Both the position numbers and the translations under genes were made by a program. Source: Zhengella sp. (GTDB lineage Bacteria; Pseudomonadota; Alphaproteobacteria; Rhizobiales; Rhizobiaceae). From it: a stretch of DNA of 64,000 bases. The notes under the pieces were generated by a model that saw nothing but the letters and a program-made list of their open reading frames with translations, ran no database searches and was not told the origin of the DNA. Positions 38,321-50,704 of the stretch are shown here, in pieces (positions within the stretch are counted from its first letter, which is position 1; every line of letters starts with the position of its first letter). The stretch is from assembly GCA_050304175.1 (NCBI GenBank), contig JBNLDE010000219.1, positions 11,545-75,544 of the forward strand. Direction: 5' to 3'.

Positions 38321-40507
38321 TCAGACGAAGCTTTGCGGATCGATGTCGACCTGGACGCGGATCTGACCGCGTGGTTTCGGGCCGGCCGCCAGCATGACCC
38401 GGATGTAGGCCTGCAAGTCGGCCTTGCGGTCGCCGTGGATCAGCAGGCGCCAGCGATGGCGACCCCTGACCAGCCCGAGGGGAGCCTCGGCCGGACCAAG
38501 CACGGCGATGTTGGCGGCTGCGGGCGCGGCGGCGCGCAAACCGCGCGCATGGCCCTGGGCTTCGGCGACGCTCGGCGCGGACACGATGATGGCCGCGAGC
38601 CGCCCGAACGGAGGCAGCTGGGCGCGCTCGCGCTCCGCAATTTCACGCCGGTAGAAATTTTCCGCGTCTCCGGAAATGATCGCGCGCATCACCGGGTGGT
38701 CAGGCTGGTAGGTCTGTATCAGGCCGACGCTACGCTTTCCGGTGCGTCCGGCGCGCCCTGTCACCTGCGCAAGCAGCTGGAAGGTGCGTTCGGCGGCGCG
38801 CGGATCGCCATTGGACAGGCCGATATCGGCGTCGATGACGCCAACCAGCGTCATGCCCGGAAAATTGTGACCCTTGGCCACGAGTTGGGTGCCGATGATG
38901 ATGTCCGCATCACCACCGGCGATGGCCTCCAGTTCGAGGCGCAGACGCTTGACGCCGCCCATCAGGTCCGACGACAACACGATGATTCGGGCGTCGGGGA
39001 AGGACGCCGCCGTTTCCTCGGCAATGCGCTCGACGCCGGGTCCGCAGGCGACCAGATGGTCGAGTGTCCCGCACTCCGGGCACGCCTGCGGCTTCGGTTC
39101 GTGGTGACCGCATTGATGGCATATGAGTTGGCCGCGGAAACGGTGCTCGACCAGCCAACTTGAGCAATCCGGGCAGCGGAACCGGTGGCCGCACACGCGG
39201 CACAGCGTCAACGGAGCATAGCCGCGGCGATTGAGAAACAGCAGCGATTGCTCGCCCTTCTCTAGCGTCTGGCGGACGGCATCGACCAGGACCGGCGACA
39301 GAAAGCCGCCGCGTTGGGGGGGATTGCTACGCATGTCGATTGCGCGTAGCGCAGGCAGGGCGGCTTCGCGATAGCGACTGGACAGCACCATGCGCTCGTA
39401 GCGGCCGTGATCGGCATTGACCCGGCTTTCCACCGAGGGTGTCGCGGATGCCAGCACGACCGGAAAACCGCCGACATGCGCGCGAACGACGGCCATGTCG
39501 CGGGCGTTGTAAAACACGCGGTCCTCCTGCTTGTAGGCTGCGTCGTGCTCTTCATCTACGACGATCAGGCCCAGTTCGGCGAAGGGAAGAAACAGGGCGG
39601 ATCGTGCGCCGGCGACGACACGAACGCGACCGTCGGTCACCTGGCGCCACACGCGTTCGCGCATTTTGGGCGCGAGGTCGGAGTGCCATTCGGCGGGACG
39701 GGCAGCAAAGCGATCGTGGAACCGGTCGAGAAAAGCCTGGGTCAATGCAATTTCTGGCAGCAGGATCAGCACCTGTTTTCCGGCTCGCAGGGTTTCGGCT
39801 ATCGCTTCGAAGTAGACTTCGGTCTTGCCGGAACCGGTTACCCCGTCGAGCAGGGTAACGCTGTAGCCCGCAGCCGCGATCTTGTGCCGCAACTGTTCGG
39901 CTGCCGCAGCCTGGCCGGTGGTCAGTTCGGCAGGCGCATAGTCGGGATCGGGCGCGGCGACGACCGGTTGCGGGGGAATGGCGACGGTCTCGAACACACC
40001 CTGGTCGCGCAAACCATCGATCACGGTCAACGAGACGCCGGCGGCGTGCGCCAGACCGGAACGAGTCCAGGCCAGACCGTCGGACGCCTGTTCGATAACG
40101 CGCCGCCGTGCCGACGTCATGCGTTCGGGACGGGAATCCGTAATGCACAAGCCTTCCGTCGGCAACTCGGGATCGAAGGCGGCGGGAACGCGCAGCACCA
40201 TGCGCGCGACCATGCCGGGAGGGGACAATGTCCAGGCCGAAACCCATTCGATGAAGCGGCGCATGTCGGCGCTGACCGGCGGGCAGTCGAACAGCTCGCT
40301 GACAGGTCGCAGTTTTTTTGCATCGACCTCGCCGCCTTCGCCATCCCAGACCAGACCGGCAACTTCGCGCGGACCGAGCGGGACGCGCACGATCGACCCG
40401 GGGACCGGATACATCCCGTCCGGAACGCGGTAGGTGTAAGGTCCTTTCGCCGGGGTAGGAACCAGTACGGGGACTGATCGGGTTTTATGCGAATCTGTGG
40501 TCATCAC
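38321..40507 (-). CDS. priA: Primosomal replication protein N' (PriA helicase)
   Basis: Walker A GVTGSGKTEVY, DEEH box, Cys-rich zinc region (CRVCGHRFRCPDCS...CHQCGH...CPECG), and the helicase C-terminal domain. Confidence 0.95.
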   Translation of the reverse strand: MMTTDSHKTRSVPVLVPTPAKGPYTYRVPDGMYPVPGSIVRVPLGPREVAGLVWDGEGGEVDAKKLRPVSELFDCPPVSADMRRFIEWVSAWTLSPPGMVARMVLRVPAAFDPELPTEGLCITDSRPERMTSARRRVIEQASDGLAWTRSGLAHAAGVSLTVIDGLRDQGVFETVAIPPQPVVAAPDPDYAPAELTTGQAAAAEQLRHKIAAAGYSVTLLDGVTGSGKTEVYFEAIAETLRAGKQVLILLPEIALTQAFLDRFHDRFAARPAEWHSDLAPKMRERVWRQVTDGRVRVVAGARSALFLPFAELGLIVVDEEHDAAYKQEDRVFYNARDMAVVRAHVGGFPVVLASATPSVESRVNADHGRYERMVLSSRYREAALPALRAIDMRSNPPQRGGFLSPVLVDAVRQTLEKGEQSLLFLNRRGYAPLTLCRVCGHRFRCPDCSSWLVEHRFRGQLICHQCGHHEPKPQACPECGTLDHLVACGPGVERIAEETAASFPDARIIVLSSDLMGGVKRLRLELEAIAGGDADIIIGTQLVAKGHNFPGMTLVGVIDADIGLSNGDPRAAERTFQLLAQVTGRAGRTGKRSVGLIQTYQPDHPVMRAIISGDAENFYRREIAERERAQLPPFGRLAAIIVSAPSVAEAQGHARGLRAAAPAAANIAVLGPAEAPLGLVRGRHRWRLLIHGDRKADLQAYIRVMLAAGPKPRGQIRVQVDIDPQSFV

Positions 40508-40600
40508 GGGTGACCTTGCCCCGAGTTTCGGTTAAGGGGAAGCCGAACAATGTGGCGAGGGCCTGAAGGTCCTGCCAGCAGCGCATACGGGAGCGAACAG

Positions 40601-41254
40601 ATGAAATTCTTTGTCGACACAGCCGATGTCAGCGAAATCCGCGAACTCGCCGCAACCGGACTCCTTGATGGCGTAACGACCAATCCGTCGCTGATCATGA
40701 AATCGGGACGCAACATCACGGAAGTCACCAAGGAGATTTGCGGGATCGTCGATGGCCCGGTTTCCGCCGAAGTCACAGCGACCGACTATGACGGCATGAT
40801 CCGCCAGGCCGATATCCTGTCGAGGATTGCCGACAACATCTGCATCAAGGTGCCGCTAACGTTCGAGGGGCTGAAAGCCTGCAAGACACTGAGCTCGGAT
40901 GGCCGGATGACCAATGTCACGCTGTGCTTCTCGGCAAACCAGGCCCTTCTCGCCGCAAAGGCCGGCGCCACATTCATATCGCCGTTTCTCGGCCGCCTCG
41001 ATGATATCGGGCTCAATGGCATGGAACTGATCAGCGAAATCCGGACGATATACGACAATTACGATTTCAAGACACAGATACTCGCCGCCTCGATCCGGAC
41101 CGTGAACCACGTCAAGGAAGCGGCGCTTATCGGCGCCGACGTGGCGACGGTTCCGCCGGCAACCCTGAAGGCGTTGGTCAAACACCCGCTGACCGACAAG
41201 GGCCTCGAGGCCTTCCTTGCAGACTGGGCGAAAACCGGCCAAGATATCGGCTGA
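40601..41254 (+). CDS. Short transaldolase / fructose-6-phosphate aldolase family protein (type 3B)
   Basis: [16 protein letters not shown]...GVTTNPSL, the Schiff-base Lys in ICIKVP, ISPFLGR. GGGAG lies upstream of the ATG at 40601. Confidence 0.93.
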   Translation: MKFFVDTADVSEIRELAATGLLDGVTTNPSLIMKSGRNITEVTKEICGIVDGPVSAEVTATDYDGMIRQADILSRIADNICIKVPLTFEGLKACKTLSSDGRMTNVTLCFSANQALLAAKAGATFISPFLGRLDDIGLNGMELISEIRTIYDNYDFKTQILAASIRTVNHVKEAALIGADVATVPPATLKALVKHPLTDKGLEAFLADWAKTGQDIG

Positions 41255-41401
41255 TATCGCGCGGCCGAAATAGCTGCCCGCGGTATAAAAAATACCGGAA
41301 ATCATGATCCTACGGACGCCGAAATCCCGGCGTCCACCCATCCGTCGAAAGTTTTGCTTAACGCTATCGCGCTATCAGCATTAGACGTCGGATAGGACCA
41401 C

Positions 41402-43678
41402 ATGTCGGGATTGCGGGAAAGCGATTGGCTGGTATCGGCCGGGTACGAGAACTCGGATGATGTCGTGCGGCACCAATTCGGTATGCTGGCTTCGACGGTC
41501 CCTGTTCTTTATCTTGGATTATTCCTGTCCGCATTCGCCAGCACCGCGATACTGACCACGGCCGCGCCACTGCATTTGGCGATTTTTGCGCCGGCTATTT
41601 TCCTTGTCATAGCGGCCTGGCGAATCCCGCTCTGGCTCAAGCGACGGCGTGAAATTATCGACATCGCTAAGACACGCCGCCTATTACGCCGGCTGGCGGT
41701 TTTTGTGCCGACCACGGCGGGCGTGATGTTGTTGTCGGTCTCCGCTCTGACCGCGATCCATGGGACCGAGAACCTCAGCCTGGCGATGGTCGCCTGCATT
41801 TCGGTTTACGCCATCCTCGTCAGCTCCACGTATACGCTCCTTCCCGCCTGCGCCATTCTGGTGTTCGTCGCCGTGCAGCCCGCGCTGTATTTTCCCGCAA
41901 TCTGGCAAGGATCAGTCCTTCTTGTCGGCCTCGCCGTCCTGTCGTCGGGCATCATGGCCAGCCAGGCATTCATCATCGTGCGCCAGTTCGGGCTGTTTGT
42001 CCGGCTCGCGGATTCGGAACGTGCGGCCAGGGACGGCATGAAGAAGATGGCTTCGGCCGACCAGATCAAGGCGCAGTTCCTTGCAAATATGGGGCACGAG
42101 ATCCGGACCCCGCTCAATGGCGTATTGGGCATGGCGGAATTGTTGGCCCGTTCGCCGCTTGGCGAGCGCCAGCAAGGATACCTGTCCGCGATCGTGGATT
42201 CGGGAAATCGCCTGCTCCGCACGATCAACAATATCCTCGACTATTCGAGAATTGATGCCGGGTTGCTCGTGCTCGACGAGACGCACTTCAGGCTTGCCGA
42301 CGTGATCGAGGACGTCGTGCATCAGGTCAGCGAGCACACCGCGAAAAAGCAGATCGAAATCATCCAGCGGATCGACCCCAACCTGCCGGAATACCTTTGC
42401 GGCGATGCGGCCAGGATTCACCAAATCGTGGGAAACCTAGTTTCCAATGCGGTCAAGTTCACCGATGCCGGTTACGTGCTTGTCGACGCGAGCGGGTCGG
42501 TTTCGCACGGGACAGCAAACGTCACGATCCGGGTCGAGGACACCGGGGCTGGTATCCAGGCGGAACGGCTGCCGGAGATCTTCAGGCAATTTGCACAAGC
42601 CGACGAGGTTTCGACGCGCGGGCGCAAGGGAACTGGTCTCGGTCTGGCGATCGCTGCCCGGCTGGTCCAGCTCATGGGCGGCGAAATCGGCGTGGAAAGC
42701 GAAGCCGGTGACGGTTCGACCTTCTGGCTGACCATACCGTTGAAAATCCATGAAGTGGCGGACATGCCCAGCCATGTCCCGATCGACATATCGGGCGCGC
42801 GAATTCTCGTGGTCGACGACAACGAGATCAACCGGTCGATCATGGCCGAGCAACTGAGATTCTGGGAATTCGATTGTGTGGCGGTGGAAAGCGGACCCGT
42901 CGGCCTAGCCCTGATCGAGCATGCAATCAAAGTCGATGCGCCGGTCGATTGCGTTATCCTCGACTACCTGATGCCGGACATGGACGGACTGGATATTGCC
43001 AGAGCCATGCGCAACCAACCGCTGATGGCCGACATACCCTTGATCATGCTCAGTTCGGTCGACGATATCGATCTCGAAAATCAGGATTTTGATCCCCGGC
43101 TGATCACGCTGCTGAAAAAACCGGCCCGGTCGGCGACCTTGCGGCAGGCAATCGTGGACATCATCCAGGAAGCGCGGAACCTGGCACCGAAGGAGACTGC
43201 GCAGGATGATGCCGGCCGAATGCAGGCGCCGGAAGCGGACACATCGGAATGGATATCGCGGGCCCGTTCATCGACATACAGACCGGCCGAAAAAATCGAC
43301 GTTCTCGTGGCGGAGGACAACGAGGTCAACCGGACCGTGTTCGATCAGATCCTCGTGTCAACGGGACTTCGCTACAAGATCGTGCCGAACGGCAAGAAGG
43401 CCGTGGAAGCCTATCTTCAGCAAATGCCCAAAATCGTCCTCATGGATTACGAAATGCCGGAAATGAGCGGATTGGAAGCGACCCGGCGGATCAGGACGAT
43501 CGAAAGCAATATTGGTCACCGCGCCACCATCATTGGCGTGACAGCGCATACCCATGACCGGCAGACCGGTCTCGACGCAGGCATGGACGGCCACATTTCC
43601 AAGCCGATCTCACCGCGTTCTTTGCTTGAGGCGATTGCGCGGGAAACGCCGCACAATATCCACATTGAAGCCGGCTGA
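41402..43678 (+). CDS. Hybrid sensor histidine kinase with two C-terminal receiver domains
   Basis: About 190 aa of TM helices, then HisKA (FLANMGHEIRTPLNG) and HATPase (DTGAGI, GTGLGLAI). REC1 has VVDDNEINR...ILDYLMPDMDG and REC2 has VAEDNEVNR...LMDYEMPEMSG. I recognise no HPt domain. Confidence 0.9.
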   Translation: MSGLRESDWLVSAGYENSDDVVRHQFGMLASTVPVLYLGLFLSAFASTAILTTAAPLHLAIFAPAIFLVIAAWRIPLWLKRRREIIDIAKTRRLLRRLAVFVPTTAGVMLLSVSALTAIHGTENLSLAMVACISVYAILVSSTYTLLPACAILVFVAVQPALYFPAIWQGSVLLVGLAVLSSGIMASQAFIIVRQFGLFVRLADSERAARDGMKKMASADQIKAQFLANMGHEIRTPLNGVLGMAELLARSPLGERQQGYLSAIVDSGNRLLRTINNILDYSRIDAGLLVLDETHFRLADVIEDVVHQVSEHTAKKQIEIIQRIDPNLPEYLCGDAARIHQIVGNLVSNAVKFTDAGYVLVDASGSVSHGTANVTIRVEDTGAGIQAERLPEIFRQFAQADEVSTRGRKGTGLGLAIAARLVQLMGGEIGVESEAGDGSTFWLTIPLKIHEVADMPSHVPIDISGARILVVDDNEINRSIMAEQLRFWEFDCVAVESGPVGLALIEHAIKVDAPVDCVILDYLMPDMDGLDIARAMRNQPLMADIPLIMLSSVDDIDLENQDFDPRLITLLKKPARSATLRQAIVDIIQEARNLAPKETAQDDAGRMQAPEADTSEWISRARSSTYRPAEKIDVLVAEDNEVNRTVFDQILVSTGLRYKIVPNGKKAVEAYLQQMPKIVLMDYEMPEMSGLEATRRIRTIESNIGHRATIIGVTAHTHDRQTGLDAGMDGHISKPISPRSLLEAIARETPHNIHIEAG

Positions 43679-43681
43679 TTG

Positions 43682-44260
43682 TCAGGAGCCGGATTTGCCG
43701 GCCTTGCGGATGTCGATGATGATTGCCAGACGAAGGACTTCGGCCAGTTCCCGGGCGGCGCGGTCCTTGGCCTCTCGTTCGGCCCGATAGTCCGCGAAGG
43801 GCTGGATCGGGTGATCGAAGGAGGCGGATACCGCGCGCGAGCCGGTTGCAACGACGCTGCCATCGGCGGTGTTGTGGATCTGGTACCGACCGGTCATCAA
43901 GATGCCACCCGCGGTGGGTTCCTGATCCACCGTAGTGGTCTGGACGACCGCAACGGATTCGGTCTGGCTGACCACCGACAAATTGACCTTGTAGGCTGGA
44001 TTCGCCGGCTGACCTCGACCGCCATTGATGAGGAAGATCAGATGGTTGCGGACTTCCTGCGCTTCACGGGTGCTCACCGGGGCGAATTCCAGGGAAACCG
44101 CGCGCGCATCGCCGGGATCAACGGCGCCGGTCTCCATCCGCCCGGCCGATCCGTAGAGCGGCTCAACCTTGCAACCGGCTGGCGCGGCCAGGACAGCGAG
44201 CGCCAGCGCGGCCGGCAACAAGCGGTGATATCGGCGACGGAGCGGGTCAGATGACAACAT
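43682..44260 (-). CDS. lptE: LPS-assembly lipoprotein LptE
   Basis: Lipobox APAGC. It lies immediately downstream of leuS and overlaps it by 14 nt, which is the conserved leuS-lptE arrangement. Confidence 0.75.
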   Translation of the reverse strand: MLSSDPLRRRYHRLLPAALALAVLAAPAGCKVEPLYGSAGRMETGAVDPGDARAVSLEFAPVSTREAQEVRNHLIFLINGGRGQPANPAYKVNLSVVSQTESVAVVQTTTVDQEPTAGGILMTGRYQIHNTADGSVVATGSRAVSASFDHPIQPFADYRAEREAKDRAARELAEVLRLAIIIDIRKAGKSGS

Positions 44261-46856
44261 TGACGATCCTCTGCGGCACCACGATGACCTTGCGCGGCGG
44301 CTTGCCCTCCAGGGCCTTCTGGACTAAGTCCAGCGCCAGCACCGCAGCTTCGACGGCAGCATTGTCCGCGTCGCGCGCGATTGTCAAATCGCCGCGCTTC
44401 TTGCCGTTAATCTGTACGGGAAGGGTGACCTCGTTTTCGGTCACGAGCGCCGGATCGTAGTGCGGCCAGGGCTGTTCGGCCACCATCGCGCTGCTGCCGA
44501 TCGCCGACCAGCATTCCTCGGCCAGATGGGGCATCATCGGCGCGAACATGATCACCAGCATTTCCGCGGCCTGGCGGCAGGCTGCAACCGTTTCATCGTC
44601 AGAACTGCCCGCCGCAACATCCGCGAAGGGCTGCGAAATGGCATTGATGAACTCGTACAGACGCGCAACCGCCTTGTTGAACGCCAGTTTCTCGATGTCC
44701 TCGCCGACGGCCTTGACCGTTTTGTGCGCAGCTTTCGAGATTGCCAGCGCCGGACCGCTGCGGCCCGCCGCGGGTTGTGCGTTGGCGAGTAAGGGCGCCA
44801 CATCTCCCAGCAGCCGCCAGATACGCTGGACGAAACGGTGGGCGCCTTCGACGCCGGCTTCCGTCCAGATCACGTCGCGGTCGGGCGGCGAATCGGACAG
44901 CATGAACCAGCGGGCCGTGTCGGCACCGTAGGAAGCGATGATGTCGTCCGGATCGACCACGTTTTTCTTCGATTTCGACATCTTCTCGATCGGACCGATG
45001 GCGATTTGCGCGCCCGTATCGACGAGAACGGCTTTGCGCGTATCGCCTTCGCCTTCGATTCGCACCTGGGCCGGCTCGATCCAGCTTCCGCCCGGTTCCT
45101 TGTAGGTCTCGTGCACGACCATGCCCTGGGTGAACAGGCCCTTGAACGGCTCGTCGATATCGAGATGGCCGGTCTTGCGCATGGCGCGCGTGAAGAAACG
45201 CGAATAGAGCAGGTGCAGGATCGCGTGCTCGATGCCGCCGATATACTGGTCGACGGGAAGCCAGGCATTGGCCGCCGACTGAACTGTTGGGTCGTCGGCC
45301 CAGGGCGCGGTGAAGCGCGCGAAATACCAGGATGAATCGACGAAGGTGTCCATCGTGTCGGTTTCGCGCAGCGCGGCGCGGCCGCATTGCGGACAGGCGA
45401 CGTGGCGCCAATCGGGATGCCGGTCTAGCGGATTCCCGGGTCGATCGAACTCGACATCGTCGGGCAGTTGAACCGGAAGGTCCGACTTGGGGACCGGCAC
45501 GACGCCGCATTCGTCGCAGTGGATCATCGGGATCGGGCAACCCCAGTAGCGCTGGCGCGAAATGCCCCAGTCGCGCAGGCGGTATTGGACCTTCGCCGTG
45601 CCCCAGCCTTTTTCCTGATAGAGCTTCAACGTCCGATCCATGGCCTCCTGGCAGGTTATTTCCTCGCCGCTCGGACCATGCCAATGCACATAGCGCACCT
45701 TCTCGCTCTTGGCGGGGACGAATGCTTCGTCCTGAACATCGGCGTCGCTGTCGAGAGGCTTGAAGACGTCGATGACCGGCAGGCCGTATTTACGCGCAAA
45801 ATCAAGATCGCGCTGGTCATGCGCCGGGCATCCGATGATTGCGCCGGTACCATAATCCATCAGCACGAAATTGGCGATCCACAAGGGCAACCGCAATGAC
45901 GGATCGGCGGGATGCGTTACCTCCAGCCCGGTATCGAAGCCCAGTTTTTCCGCCGTCTCGATGGCTTCGGCCGAGGTTCCGATCCTGCGGCATTCGGCAT
46001 TGAACGCCGCAATCTCGGGATTGTCCTCCTCCAGCCGCTTGGCCAGCGGATGGTCAGCCGCGATCGCTGCGAAGGTTGGTCCCCACATGGTATCAGGCCG
46101 GGTGGTAAAAACCGGCAGGGTCCGAAATTCCGGCGGGCCGTTAGGTACTTCAAATTCGAAAGAAAGCCCCTCCGACTTGCCGATCCAGTTGCGCTGCATG
46201 GTGCGCACCTTTTCCGGCCACTGGTCGAGACCATCGAGTGCCTCGAGCAGATCCTGGCTGTAGTCCGTGATCTTGAACACCCATTGCGCCAATTCGCGCT
46301 GTTCGACCTCCGCGCCGGAGCGCCAGCCACGGCCGTCGATCACCTGCTCGTTGGCAAGCACGGTCTGGTCGACTGGGTCCCAGTTGACCTTTGAAATCCT
46401 GCGACCGACGAGCCCGGCCTTGTGGAAATCGAGAAACAGCATTTGCTGGCGGTGGTAGTAGTCGACGTCGCAGGTGGCGAATTCCCTCGACCAATCCAGC
46501 GACAATCCCATCGACTTGAGCTGGTTACGCATGGTGTCGATGTTCTGGTACGTCCACTTGGCCGGATGAACCTTGTTCTGCATCGCGGCGTTCTCGGCCG
46601 GCATGCCGAACGCGTCCCAACCCATCGGGTGTAATACGTTGAAGCCCTTCGCCCGCTTGTAGCGCGCCACCACGTCGCCCATAGTGTAGTTGCGCACATG
46701 GCCCATGTGGATGCGCCCGGACGGGTAGGGAAACATCTCCAGCACGTAGTATTTCGGACCGGGATCGTCGTTGGCGGTCTCGAAGAGCTTTGCCTGAGAC
46801 CAGGCCTTCTGCCATTTCGGCTCGGCAGTGCGCGGATTATATCGTTCGGTTGCCAT
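44247..46856 (-). CDS. leuS: Leucine--tRNA ligase
   Basis: 869 aa with HMGHVRNY (HIGH) and KMSKSK motifs. Confidence 0.97.
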   Translation of the reverse strand: MATERYNPRTAEPKWQKAWSQAKLFETANDDPGPKYYVLEMFPYPSGRIHMGHVRNYTMGDVVARYKRAKGFNVLHPMGWDAFGMPAENAAMQNKVHPAKWTYQNIDTMRNQLKSMGLSLDWSREFATCDVDYYHRQQMLFLDFHKAGLVGRRISKVNWDPVDQTVLANEQVIDGRGWRSGAEVEQRELAQWVFKITDYSQDLLEALDGLDQWPEKVRTMQRNWIGKSEGLSFEFEVPNGPPEFRTLPVFTTRPDTMWGPTFAAIAADHPLAKRLEEDNPEIAAFNAECRRIGTSAEAIETAEKLGFDTGLEVTHPADPSLRLPLWIANFVLMDYGTGAIIGCPAHDQRDLDFARKYGLPVIDVFKPLDSDADVQDEAFVPAKSEKVRYVHWHGPSGEEITCQEAMDRTLKLYQEKGWGTAKVQYRLRDWGISRQRYWGCPIPMIHCDECGVVPVPKSDLPVQLPDDVEFDRPGNPLDRHPDWRHVACPQCGRAALRETDTMDTFVDSSWYFARFTAPWADDPTVQSAANAWLPVDQYIGGIEHAILHLLYSRFFTRAMRKTGHLDIDEPFKGLFTQGMVVHETYKEPGGSWIEPAQVRIEGEGDTRKAVLVDTGAQIAIGPIEKMSKSKKNVVDPDDIIASYGADTARWFMLSDSPPDRDVIWTEAGVEGAHRFVQRIWRLLGDVAPLLANAQPAAGRSGPALAISKAAHKTVKAVGEDIEKLAFNKAVARLYEFINAISQPFADVAAGSSDDETVAACRQAAEMLVIMFAPMMPHLAEECWSAIGSSAMVAEQPWPHYDPALVTENEVTLPVQINGKKRGDLTIARDADNAAVEAAVLALDLVQKALEGKPPRKVIVVPQRIVNVVI

Positions 46857-46974
46857 GACCGGGAATTCACTTAAAACGTCGAAAAAACGGGTTGCGGCGG
46901 ACCTTCACCACGGTTTCGGTAAGGCGTCAACCGTCGAGACCTGATGCGGATCAAATTGAGGCAGGATTCAGGGA

Positions 46975-47637
46975 ATGAAAAGCGCGGTCGAGCGGCTTGA
47001 GGCAGTCAGGAAGAATATCGCTGCCGCAGCAGCCGAAGCCAGCCGAAAGGCCGGAGACGTAACCCTTGTGGCAGTCTCCAAGACCTTCGATGCAGAGGCG
47101 ATCCGGCCGGTACTTGCGGCGGGCCAGCGTGTTTTCGGCGAAAACCGTGTGCAGGAAGCCGAGCGCAAGTGGCCGGAACTGCGTTCCGAATTTAGCGGTG
47201 TCGAGCTGCATTTGATCGGCCCGCTGCAATCCAACAAGGCAAAGGAAGCGGTGGCGCTGTTCGACGTGATCGAGACGGTCGACCGCGAGAAAATCGCCAA
47301 GGAACTGGCCAAGGAGATCCGGACCCAGGGCCGCGATGTCCGGCTTTATGTTCAGGTCAACACGGGCGAGGAACCTCAAAAAGCCGGTGTGGAGCCGCGC
47401 GCAGCTGTCGATTTTGTACAACGCTGCCGCGATGTGCACGGCCTCGTTATCGAGGGGTTGATGTGCATTCCGCCATTCGATGAGAATCCCGGGCCGCATT
47501 TCGCGTTGCTGGATAAACTGGCCCGCGAAGCCGGTGTCGAAAAACTTTCGATGGGCATGTCCGCAGACTACGAGACCGCTGTTACGTTTGGCGCGACCAG
47601 CGTGCGCGTCGGTTCCGCGATCTTCGGGTCGCGGTGA
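46975..47637 (+). CDS. yggS: YggS-family pyridoxal-phosphate homeostasis protein
   Basis: LVAVSKT (PLP Lys), FGENRVQE, HLIGPLQSNK, and the C-terminal LSMGMS.DYE.A...GAT.VRVGSAIFG. Confidence 0.92.
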   Translation: MKSAVERLEAVRKNIAAAAAEASRKAGDVTLVAVSKTFDAEAIRPVLAAGQRVFGENRVQEAERKWPELRSEFSGVELHLIGPLQSNKAKEAVALFDVIETVDREKIAKELAKEIRTQGRDVRLYVQVNTGEEPQKAGVEPRAAVDFVQRCRDVHGLVIEGLMCIPPFDENPGPHFALLDKLAREAGVEKLSMGMSADYETAVTFGATSVRVGSAIFGSR

Positions 47638-47792
47638 AGGCACAGCGCCAGAGCAAAAAAGGTGCTGGCGCAAGGGGATCGAATGTCTAATTTGATCCGA
47701 AGTGTTCGAATGCTAAGAAGCGCGCGATCTTATTGTCCGGCCAGTCGGGAAATCGAAGAGTAACTGGCCGTTACGCCATCAAGGAGGAACCC

Positions 47793-49748
<1,956 letters not shown>

Positions 49749-49774
49749 CCGGTTCGCAAAGGCCGGATCTGGAG

Positions 49775-49802
49775 AACCCGCCGGATTTCCGGCGGGTTAT
49801 TT
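49775..49802 (+). terminator. Rho-independent terminator after acs
   Basis: 10-bp stem AACCCGCCGG/CCGGCGGGTT with loop ATTT, followed by ATTT. Confidence 0.75.
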
Positions 49803-49890
49803 GCCTGAATACATTGTGAACGGCCGGATCAAAGCCGGTTCAGATCGCCTGCCCTAAAAGCTGCCGATCATTTGAACCGGAGAAAACACC

Positions 49891-50310
49891 ATGAAACGTG
49901 CCATTCTGATTGCCCTTGCCCTGTCTTCCTCTGCCGTCAGCCTTGCAGAAGCGGCTCCCAAGCTCGTCGCACCCGGCGACCAGCCCATGGTCGTCAAGTC
50001 CGCCCAGTTGGCGATCAAGTCGCCGGGCGTCAATGTGTGCCCGTCGAATGCGAAGATCGCCGGCTGGATATTCACCAGCAAAGCCGGGCCCGTGACTTAC
50101 ATGATTGTGCGCAAGGGTGGCGCCGTTTCCGCGCCGAAGACGATCCAGGCGATCAAGGCGCCGGCAGGCTATGTGGCCAGCTTCAGCAAGACCTTCGAGG
50201 TGCTGACCGCCATTGACGCCGAATACCGGATCCTCGTCTCGCAATCCGACGGCGTCGTCTCCAACTGGGCCCCGCTGAAGGCAAGCTGCAAGATCCAGCT
50301 CGGCGGTTAA
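49891..50310 (+). CDS. Hypothetical secreted protein
   Basis: Signal peptide MKRAILIALALSSSAVSLAEA. The mature part of about 118 aa has two Cys. No family recognised. It has its own terminator. Confidence 0.6.
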   Translation: MKRAILIALALSSSAVSLAEAAPKLVAPGDQPMVVKSAQLAIKSPGVNVCPSNAKIAGWIFTSKAGPVTYMIVRKGGAVSAPKTIQAIKAPAGYVASFSKTFEVLTAIDAEYRILVSQSDGVVSNWAPLKASCKIQLGG

Positions 50311-50332
50311 GCCTGTTTGTCGTGACGTGACG

Positions 50333-50354
50333 GGGCGCCTTCGGGCGCCCTTTT
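50333..50354 (+). terminator. Rho-independent terminator
   Basis: Stem GGGCGCC/GGCGCCC with loop TTCG, followed by TTTT. Confidence 0.7.
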
Positions 50355-50450
50355 CACGTTTGCGCGAGCGGCAGGTCCGGCGCGCTTGCAACCAAATCGA
50401 AAACGCCCCACATTGAATCTGTGTCCAACGAATCGAAAGGAGGTGATCCG

Positions 50451-50516
50451 ATGTCGAGTGATTTCCGGAAGTGCATGAGCTTGAGCGGATCGTCGTTCCT
50501 TCGGAGCAACCTCTGA
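50451..50516 (+). CDS. Candidate 21-codon small ORF (MSSDFRKCMSLSGSSFLRSNL) behind an exceptionally long Shine-Dalgarno
   Basis: GAAAGGAGGTGATCC (50435-50449) is a 15-nt perfect complement of the canonical bacterial 16S 3' tail. The GGAGG core lies 7 nt before the ATG. There is no other support for translation. Confidence 0.25.
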   Translation: MSSDFRKCMSLSGSSFLRSNL

Positions 50517-50673
50517 AGCAACGGACGTGAGGCACGGAGCGGGGCCACGGCCCTGACCATCAAGCTCCGCCTTTCGCGATAAATTGCGGCGCCGTCCTGC
50601 CGGTGATCAACCGGGTCAACAGGGCGGCGTTTCGCATGGTCCAGACTATGAATTCTATTTTTATTTAAAACCG

Positions 50674-50682
50674 TGTTATACT
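50674..50682 (+). promoter_or_regulatory. Extended -10 promoter element (TGtTATACT) for the low-GC lipoprotein gene
   Basis: TGTTATACT lies 22 nt upstream of the ATG at 50705. GGAAGGA (50692-50698) serves as the RBS. There is no good -35 element. Confidence 0.3.
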
Positions 50683-50704
50683 GTTTTCTTTGGAAGGATT
50701 AGCT

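Noticed and set aside
38288-40477. Plus-strand ORFs of 291 and 356 aa
   Set aside because: They are antisense to priA, which has clear helicase and zinc-finger motifs.
50435-50449. Possible 16S rRNA gene fragment on the minus strand (GGATCACCTCCTTTC)
   Set aside because: The identity to the 16S 3' end stops after 15 nt. The adjacent bases do not continue the conserved ...AACCTGCGGCTGGATCACC sequence. I therefore treat it as a Shine-Dalgarno element rather than an rRNA remnant.
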